Assembly (NCBI GenBank): GCA_022823625.1
Contig: JAJEHQ010000011.1
Location: forward strand, 22,889 to 86,888
Direction: 5' to 3'
Length of the DNA stretch: 64,000 bases
DNA from: Gammaproteobacteria bacterium
GTDB lineage: Bacteria > Pseudomonadota > Gammaproteobacteria > Arenicellales > JAJDZL01
Position 1 is the first letter of the stretch. Each line of letters opens with the position of its first letter. The notes under the pieces were generated by a model that saw only the letters and a list, made by a program, of their open reading frames with translations, was not told where the DNA came from and made no database searches. The translations under genes and the position numbers were made by a program. Below, one piece after another: positions 57,393 through 64,000 of the stretch.

Positions 57393-57987
57393 GGAATAAG
57401 AACACTCAATTCGAGTTCAGACGATTTCGGCAATCATTCGTCTGTGGATCTCAAATTATATTGGTAATTTTCCGCCTGCGCTTATTTCCAGGAAGTGTCA
57501 GAAATAATGTAGATCCGATAGAGCGGAAATTCAACGTTGATATTGTCTGGACAACCAAATAATCGCTGGTCCCGAATCTAAGGCGTTGGTCAGGTGATAA
57601 GGTCGCTAGGGGCTATCTACCAATACATGTGTGCTTAGATATCAAAACTTAGCTTTCCTCAAAATTGCCTGATTTTGCAAAAAAAACAATGCTCGGAATG
57701 TACTCTCCTGCCTGCAGTAGTGTTAACACTTTTGCGACTGATTCAACCTATAAAGAGATTGAAAAGAAGTTCTTGCAATACGGCTAATTTGAATATCATA
57801 TCCTCCATATCTATGCAACCCCCTGTTGCTTCGAATGCAGGCTGTTAGTGCTTTTTGGCCTTTCTGATTTTCTTTCAATTGAAACGTGTGAACATTCAGT
57901 TCCTATAGACCTATGCTCTTACGATACTGAATTGATACAGATTCAACAAAACTAACAATTTCAATTTTCTTCAGTTTCCGACCTTAA

Positions 57988-58956
57988 GTGATTCAATCAG
58001 GCACCTCAAATCAGGCGCTTTCCGTATCCAACCTAAAGAAAACCTACTCCAACGGCAGAATCGCACTGAAGGGAGTGTCCTTTTCAGTTGAAGAGGGGGA
58101 TTTCTACGCACTGCTCGGAAGAAACGGAGCTGGTAAATCAACAACCATCGGCATTACCTGTTCGCTGGTTACCAAGTCATCCGGCAAGGTCTATATATTT
58201 GGTGTAGATATCGATCAGGACTTTGGTCGTGCCAAGTCAAATATTGGCTTGGTGCCACAGGAAATCAATTTCAACCAGTTTGAAACACCATGGAATATCG
58301 TGATCAATCACGCCGGTTACTACGGAGTCCCGCGCACCAAAGCGCTTCTTCAGGCTGAAAAGTACCTGACGACTCTGAATTTGTGGGATTACCGCAATAA
58401 CACGGCGCGCAGGTTGTCAGGTGGCATGAAAAGAAAACTGATGATTGCTCGCGCACTTATGCATGAACCCCGATTGCTGATACTGGATGAACCGACTGCC
58501 GGCATTGACTTTGAAACACGGCTGTCGATGTGGGAATTCTTGCAGGATCTGAACCAGAAGGGTGTCACCATCATTCTGACGACGCACTACCTTCAGGAAG
58601 CGGAAAAATTGTGCCGCAACGTGGGGATAATTGAACTTGGTGAATTGATTCTGGATAGTGACATGAAGTCCTTGTTCAAACAACTCAACCAGGAAACCTA
58701 TGTTCTTGATCTGGTACAGCCGATTGATTCACAAGTTCTGCCGCACGAGTTGAACGACTCCGTTCGATTAGTCGACCCAACGACAGTCGAAGTGGATATC
58801 GCCCGAAACAGTAGCATCAATGTAGTGTTCGAGACACTATCGAAACACAATATCCACGCCATCAGCATTCAAACCAAGTCCAACCGTCTGGAAACGCTGT
58901 TTATGGAACTATTGAGAAGAGAGGCCATAGAAATGCAGATGAATCAATCAGAATGA
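57988..58956 (+). CDS. ABC transporter ATP-binding protein (ABC-2 / YadG-like)
   Basis: GRNGAGKST Walker A, LSGGMKRKL signature, LILDEPT Walker B. GTG start. Confidence 0.85.
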   Translation: MIQSGTSNQALSVSNLKKTYSNGRIALKGVSFSVEEGDFYALLGRNGAGKSTTIGITCSLVTKSSGKVYIFGVDIDQDFGRAKSNIGLVPQEINFNQFETPWNIVINHAGYYGVPRTKALLQAEKYLTTLNLWDYRNNTARRLSGGMKRKLMIARALMHEPRLLILDEPTAGIDFETRLSMWEFLQDLNQKGVTIILTTHYLQEAEKLCRNVGIIELGELILDSDMKSLFKQLNQETYVLDLVQPIDSQVLPHELNDSVRLVDPTTVEVDIARNSSINVVFETLSKHNIHAISIQTKSNRLETLFMELLRREAIEMQMNQSE

Positions 58957-59729
58957 ACAGGTCATTACACAGTTCCGTTGCACTTTACACCTTGTGTCGC
59001 AAGGAAATCATGCGATTCATGAGAATTTGGACACAGACGCTGATCCCGCCAGTTATCACAACCTGTCTGTATTTTCTGATATTCGGAAATTTGATCGGAC
59101 CTCGAATAGGACCAATGCAGGGTCACACCTACATTGATTTCATTGTCCCCGGTCTGGTTCTCATGTCTGTCATCACAGGAAGTTACACGAATGTAGCTTC
59201 TTCATTCTTCTCGGCGAAATTTCAGCGGTTTATCGAAGAAATTATGGTTTCACCGGTTCCCAGCTCGGTGATATTGATTGGCTACCTAACCGGAGGCGTT
59301 TGTCGAGGGGTGCTGGTGGGAATTGTGGTTCTACTGGTGGCAACGGTGTTTGCCACGGTCGATATAGTCCATCCGTTTACAACTGCCCTGGTCATACTTA
59401 TGACATCAGTGGTGTTTTCTTTGGGCGGGATGTTGAATGGAATGTTCGCAAAGAAGTTCGACGATGTTTCCATCATTCCCAACTTTGTTCTGACCCCGCT
59501 GATCTACCTTGGAGGAGTCTTTTACTCGGTTCAGCTGCTGCCGGAATTCTGGCGACTCGTGTCTCTGGCTAACCCAATTCTTTACGTAATCAATATCGCC
59601 CGCTATGGCTTCCTGGGGTCCAGTGATGTGGGGATAGGAATCTCGTTTACGGTGATTCTTGTCGCTGCCGCGATTCTGTTCACCCTCTGTCTGGTTCTGT
59701 TGGAACGAGGCTATGGCATACGCGACTGA
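58953..59729 (+). CDS. ABC-2 type transporter permease (YadH-like)
   Basis: 258 aa, 6 TM; ATGA overlap with the ATPase gene. Confidence 0.8.
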   Translation: MNRSLHSSVALYTLCRKEIMRFMRIWTQTLIPPVITTCLYFLIFGNLIGPRIGPMQGHTYIDFIVPGLVLMSVITGSYTNVASSFFSAKFQRFIEEIMVSPVPSSVILIGYLTGGVCRGVLVGIVVLLVATVFATVDIVHPFTTALVILMTSVVFSLGGMLNGMFAKKFDDVSIIPNFVLTPLIYLGGVFYSVQLLPEFWRLVSLANPILYVINIARYGFLGSSDVGIGISFTVILVAAAILFTLCLVLLERGYGIRD

Positions 59730-59765
59730 AACTGGATTCAGCAATCAGTTCTAATGGTCAAGGAA

Positions 59766-59839
59766 TGGCTGGGGAACTAGGATTCGAACCTAGATTGACG
59801 GAGTCAGAGTCCGTTGTCCTGCCGTTAGACGATTCCCCA
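59766..59839 (-). tRNA. tRNA-Gln (anticodon CUG)
   Basis: Minus strand TGGGGAATCGTCTAACGGCAGGACAACGGACTCTGACTCCGT...GGTTCGAATCCTAGTTCCCCAGCCA. Close to the E. coli tRNA-Gln pattern; anticodon loop is CUCUGAC. Confidence 0.92.
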
Positions 59840-59886
59840 GAAACTGGAATCCCTAACAATAAAACCGCAGCGCTATTTTTTAGCAA

Positions 59887-60285
59887 CTATCGTTTGGAGT
59901 ATTGCGGTCGTTTTCTTGCTTTGTGCAGACCGACTTTCTTTCTTTCGACTTCACGGGCGTCGCGGGTCAAGAATCCACCCTTACGTAGCGCGGGCCGATT
60001 AGCTTCATCGTAATTCACCAGTGCTCGGGCGATGCCAAGTTGAATTGCGCCTGCCTGACCGCTTTGACCACCACCAGCTACGTTCACTTTCACATCGACT
60101 GTGTTCAGCATGCCAAGATGCTCAAGTGGCTGACGGATAATCATTCGAGAAGTTTCCCGTCCGAAATATTCTTCAATTGGACGGTTGTTCGCGACAATAC
60201 TGCCGCTTCCTTTGGTCAGGTAGACTCGAGCTGTTGAAGACTTTCTTCGACCGGTTCCGTAGTACGTTTCGCTGGATGTTGCCAT
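59887..60285 (-). CDS. rpsI: 30S ribosomal protein S9
   Basis: [26 protein letters not shown]-terminal [18 protein letters not shown]. Confidence 0.95.
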   Translation of the reverse strand: MATSSETYYGTGRRKSSTARVYLTKGSGSIVANNRPIEEYFGRETSRMIIRQPLEHLGMLNTVDVKVNVAGGGQSGQAGAIQLGIARALVNYDEANRPALRKGGFLTRDAREVERKKVGLHKARKRPQYSKR

Positions 60286-60296
60286 GATCACTAACT

Positions 60297-60725
60297 CTAG
60301 AAATTAAGCGGCTTCGGAGATTGCGCCTTATGCGGCTGATCCGGGCCGGCGTAGACTTTCAGTTTGGACATCATTGCTCGACCGAGAGGACCTTTGGGCA
60401 TCATGCCTTTGACGGCAAGTTCAATGATGCGGGTCGGATGCCTTTTTCGCATTGTGCTGACTGGGACAGTGGTCAGGCCACCAGGTCGACCGGAGTGTCG
60501 ATGATAGACTTTGGCATTGTCCTTGTTTCCGGTCAGGATCACTTTCTCGGCATTGACAACCACCACATAGTCCCCTGTGTCAACATGCGGTGTGTAGATC
60601 GGTTTGTGTTTGCCGCGCAGACGAATTGCAATTTCAGTTGCCATCCGCCCCAATACCTTGTCCGACGCGTCAATCAGATACCATTCGCGTTTCACATCGC
60701 TGGCTTTCGCTGAAATCGTCTTCAT
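60297..60725 (-). CDS. rplM: 50S ribosomal protein L13
   Basis: [31 protein letters not shown]; 142 aa. Confidence 0.95.
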   Translation of the reverse strand: MKTISAKASDVKREWYLIDASDKVLGRMATEIAIRLRGKHKPIYTPHVDTGDYVVVVNAEKVILTGNKDNAKVYHRHSGRPGGLTTVPVSTMRKRHPTRIIELAVKGMMPKGPLGRAMMSKLKVYAGPDQPHKAQSPKPLNF

Positions 60726-61051
60726 TGTCCTCTGACCAAGTCTGGCCCTCTATAGATGCGCTTTTGTTTCAAAGAGCGGAAATTATATAAATTTGTTGCT
60801 TAATCTGTTGACAGATTGAAGCTTGAGAAGACAGATTTTGTTAACGCGAAAATTTTGATCCAGGTAAAAGAAATTGACTTTTTTCAGCTAATTTAGTGGG
60901 CACCAGTAAACTTGCAAATTCATTTCTGAGAATGACTTTCAGATACTGATGGGGAGACCGATCGAGATTGACATGGAAAAATAAGCCGAATGGTTTAGCA
61001 TACGAGTGTAATATTATTCACTGGTATCAAGGATATACAGCAGGTTTGCAA

Positions 61052-62008
61052 ATGGCCGAGAAACGGTCAAAAGGTCAATATTACACACAAGGTAATCCGT
61101 TCACGCTGAGCCCGTTCCTGGAGTGGTCTGAACAGATTTCTTTGTCTTCGAAAATTGTGTTGGAACCTTTTGCCGGGTCCAACAACATCGTAAAGTCTTT
61201 GCAACAAACAGGGCTGTGCAATCAGTTCAGCTCTTACGACATCGAACCGGCTGACATCTTTGTAGAGCAAAGAGATACGATCAATTCCTTTCCACAAGGA
61301 TTTGAAGTCTGTATTACAAACCCTCCCTGGTTAGCCAGAAATTCAGCGACCAGAAGAGGGTTAGATTATCCGGACACAATTCATGATGACCTATACAAAC
61401 ATTGTCTTGAACTATGCCTGCTCAATTGCGGGCACGTTGCGGCACTGATTCCAGCAAGCTATCTTCAGAGCGGACTGTTTCGCGACAGGCTGTCAGTCTA
61501 CATACTTTTGCACGACAGAGGGATGTTCAATGACACAGACAATCCAGTTTGCCTGGCGCTATTCGGTGAATGTCCGAGCCCTCAAATCAAAATCTACTAC
61601 GACCAAAAATTCATTGGATTCCTTGATGACTTGGAAAGCAAGATACCGAGTTCTTCACAGCTCAAGAAAATCCGATTCAACGACCCGACTGGTGAGTTGG
61701 GATTTATCTCTTTTGATAATGTTCGCGAGCCTTCAATTCGATTCTGCGAAGTCGAAGAAATTAACGAATATTCCATCAAAATTTCTTCGAGATTCTTTAC
61801 CAGAATCAGCGGGGAGTTTGAAGAGATTCCGGTACTGGTGAAAATTCTTAATAAGAGATTGGACACATTCCGCAATGAAACCCAGGATATTTTCCTGACA
61901 CCATTTAAAGGTATCCGAAAAGATGGCTGTTATCGAAGGAGAATGGAGTTTGCATTAGCGAGGAAGATAATCAATGCTACACTAGGTTCCGAAAGCCGCC
62001 CATGCTGA
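61052..62008 (+). CDS. N6-adenine DNA methyltransferase-like protein (gamma-class order), solitary
   Basis: KGQYYTQ (motif X-like), LEPFAGSNN (motif I-like, degenerate), ITNPPW (motif IV), then a ~170-aa C-terminal region without recognisable motifs. The ATG at 61052 is preferred; the track start is 60968. Confidence 0.6.
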   Translation: MAEKRSKGQYYTQGNPFTLSPFLEWSEQISLSSKIVLEPFAGSNNIVKSLQQTGLCNQFSSYDIEPADIFVEQRDTINSFPQGFEVCITNPPWLARNSATRRGLDYPDTIHDDLYKHCLELCLLNCGHVAALIPASYLQSGLFRDRLSVYILLHDRGMFNDTDNPVCLALFGECPSPQIKIYYDQKFIGFLDDLESKIPSSSQLKKIRFNDPTGELGFISFDNVREPSIRFCEVEEINEYSIKISSRFFTRISGEFEEIPVLVKILNKRLDTFRNETQDIFLTPFKGIRKDGCYRRRMEFALARKIINATLGSESRPC

Positions 62009-62321
62009 TGGCAAGTCCTAGTAATCCCAGTTTTGCGATATCTGTCTCACATCGGTTGAAACGGACATCGCCTGTGTTGAATGTAAACGCGATGCAGTGT
62101 AAAACTTGACTAATGTAGCATTTTTATTGGGTATGCAAATCACTTGACGAGCCAATCCGTTTGGTCCGCAACCACTCGCACTCCAACGTGTTCATACAAA
62201 TAAATCAACCAAATAGTCACCGCTGTTTTCCACTAACTTTATTGTCCGGGTATGAACCCAACACGAAGTCTGTGTGCTAAATTAAAAAAAACAGCCGTTC
62301 AAATTATTTCCCGCTTATTAC

Positions 62322-64000
62322 GTGACTAACAAACGCTCTAGATTTCCCCTGTTCAAGGACATCAGGCTGTACGGACGTCTGCTGAGCTATGTCATGGTTT
62401 ACAAGTGGTACTTCTTACTGGGTCTTTCCCTGGTCGCGCTTTTCGCTCTGACGACGCCTGCTGTTGCAGTTTTAATGAAACCTCTGCTCGACGGCAGCTT
62501 TGTACAGCGTGACCCGGACTACATTCTCTGGACTCCGATCATACTGATCAGTCTCTTCGCCATTCGAGGCATTGCCAGCTACCTGCACGGCGTGTGCATG
62601 AGTTGGGTACTCGGTTACGTCGTTTACGACCTTCAGACTCAAATGATTGATCGTATGATTGCGTTTCCCACCCAGTTCTACGATGACATTTCGGCCGCCC
62701 AAATCAATATCAGAATCTCTTCAGATGTCAATCAGTTAACGGACACCGCTTCAACGGTGGTCATCACGATCATTCGTGAGTCTCTCACCATTCTCGGTTT
62801 GCTTGTTTGGATATTCATTCTTGACTGGGCTTTGAGTCTGATCCTGCTGATTGCAACCCCGTTGATTGCGACGCTAGTCGCCTTTATCGCCAGACGTCTA
62901 CGTAAACTTTACCGCGACTTTATGCAAATGGGTGAGCGTCTACTGGCACATCTGCAGGAAGTGACTGCTTATCACCGGCTGGTCAAACTTTATCAGACTC
63001 AGAATTATGAACGCGAGCGTCTCTACAATTACGCAAACCGAGTTCGGCAGCTGAAGCTGAAGCAGGCGGTCGCCAGCCATCTCACAGTACCTGCTGCTGA
63101 GTTTATTTCAACGGTAGTGATCGCTTGTACGGTCTACTTCAGTTTAACCCGTGATCTGACCGATCCACTGACTGTCGGGGGCTTCGTTTCATTTATGGCT
63201 GCTCTGGCACTGATTTCAAGTTCATTGAAAAAACTGCTCCGAGTCAATGAAATGCTTCAGGCCGGGCTAACGGCATCAGAGCGGGTTTTCTTCCTCATCG
63301 ATCAGGAGGTGGAAATCGACGAAGGCGAACGTTCGATGATCGACAAGAAGGTTGATGGCGAAATTCAGTTCAGGAACATTACCTACAAGTACCCCAAATC
63401 GGATGCAAGTTCGCTAAATGACGTCAGTTTGGACATCAAGCCTCGTCAGACCATCGCATTGGTTGGTTCATCCGGTAGCGGCAAGAGCACTCTGACTTCA
63501 TTGATTCCACGCCTTTATGAGATTCAGGATGGTACCCTGCTGATTGATGGTGTCGATATTCGCGAATATACGCTAGCGGATATCCGCAGTCAGATAGCGC
63601 TGGTTAGTCAGGATATTTTCTTGTTTGATGACACGGTCGCCGTTAATATTGCCTATGGAAACATTAAGAATGCGACGGATGAGAAAATTCGCGAGGCAGC
63701 CAAATCCGCTTACGCGCTAGACTTCATTGAAAACCTGCCAAATGGATTTGACACGCAAATCGGAGAACGCGGTGTTCGCCTGTCTGGTGGACAAAAACAG
63801 AGAATTGCTATTGCCCGTGCCTTCATCAAGGATGCACCCATACTGATCTTCGATGAAGCAACCTCGTCGCTGGACACCAAATCTGAATTTGAAGTTCGTA
63901 AGGCGCTAGACGCTCTGGGTGAAGGCCGAACGGTGATTATCGTTGCCCACCGGCTGGCGTCGATAGAGCATGTTGAGCGGATTGTAGTGCTGAGTGAGGG
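62322..64000 (+). CDS. msbA: Lipid A export ABC transporter MsbA-like (TMD+NBD), 3' end outside the window; not in the ORF track
   Basis: Frame is open from the GTG at 62322 to the window end. Six-TM ABC exporter domain, then GSSGSGKST Walker A, LSGGQKQRIAIARA signature, LIFDEATS Walker B. Confidence 0.85.
   Translation, partial: MTNKRSRFPLFKDIRLYGRLLSYVMVYKWYFLLGLSLVALFALTTPAVAVLMKPLLDGSFVQRDPDYILWTPIILISLFAIRGIASYLHGVCMSWVLGYVVYDLQTQMIDRMIAFPTQFYDDISAAQINIRISSDVNQLTDTASTVVITIIRESLTILGLLVWIFILDWALSLILLIATPLIATLVAFIARRLRKLYRDFMQMGERLLAHLQEVTAYHRLVKLYQTQNYERERLYNYANRVRQLKLKQAVASHLTVPAAEFISTVVIACTVYFSLTRDLTDPLTVGGFVSFMAALALISSSLKKLLRVNEMLQAGLTASERVFFLIDQEVEIDEGERSMIDKKVDGEIQFRNITYKYPKSDASSLNDVSLDIKPRQTIALVGSSGSGKSTLTSLIPRLYEIQDGTLLIDGVDIREYTLADIRSQIALVSQDIFLFDDTVAVNIAYGNIKNATDEKIREAAKSAYALDFIENLPNGFDTQIGERGVRLSGGQKQRIAIARAFIKDAPILIFDEATSSLDTKSEFEVRKALDALGEGRTVIIVAHRLASIEHVERIVVLSE

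Noticed and set aside
59765-60013. 82-aa + strand ORF.
   Set aside because: It overlaps tRNA-Gln and the 3' end of rpsI in antisense, so it is not credible.
1-64000. Search by eye for CRISPR arrays, IS elements/transposases, integrases, reverse transcriptases, rRNA genes and long tandem repeats.
   Set aside because: None found. No regularly spaced direct repeats, no DDE or tyrosine-recombinase motifs in any long ORF, and no RT motif (YxDD).

Overview
This is a densely packed chromosomal window of about 65 genes from a moderate-GC Gram-negative bacterium. Gene content and synteny suggest a marine gammaproteobacterium (fabA-fabB, rnpB/rsmI/lpoA/BON, ccmABCD, rplM-rpsI-tRNA-Gln, msbA), but I cannot verify taxonomy without a search. 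Most of the window is housekeeping. Main themes: (1) Methyl-group/C1 oxidation genes: two tandem DMGDH-family flavoenzymes, folD, fhs and a GMC choline-dehydrogenase-like enzyme. (2) An 8.3-kb + strand sensory operon (12077-20401). It encodes three related extracytoplasmic sensor modules, a HAMP-MFS fusion, a periplasmic binding protein and a sensor-HAMP-PP2C-RsbW-kinase fusion. A STAS protein gene converges on its 3' end and no sigma factor is present. This is my best candidate for an undescribed system. (3) A tightly coupled four-gene cobalt-type nitrile-hydratase-like operon whose beta subunit is split into two polypeptides, next to a TauE/SafE exporter and a VapBC pair. (4) Small accessory inserts: a DUF4143-type AAA ATPase in an AT-rich islet with upstream repeats, a PIN/AbrB TA cassette between rnpB and rsmI, and an orphan N6-adenine methyltransferase between rplM and msbA. 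RNA genes are rnpB, tRNA-Gly(CCC) and tRNA-Gln(CUG). I saw no CRISPR array, transposase, integrase or rRNA. Most short ORFs in the supplied track are antisense or alternate-frame shadows of the real genes. All functional calls rest on motifs I could read in the translations; no database search was possible.
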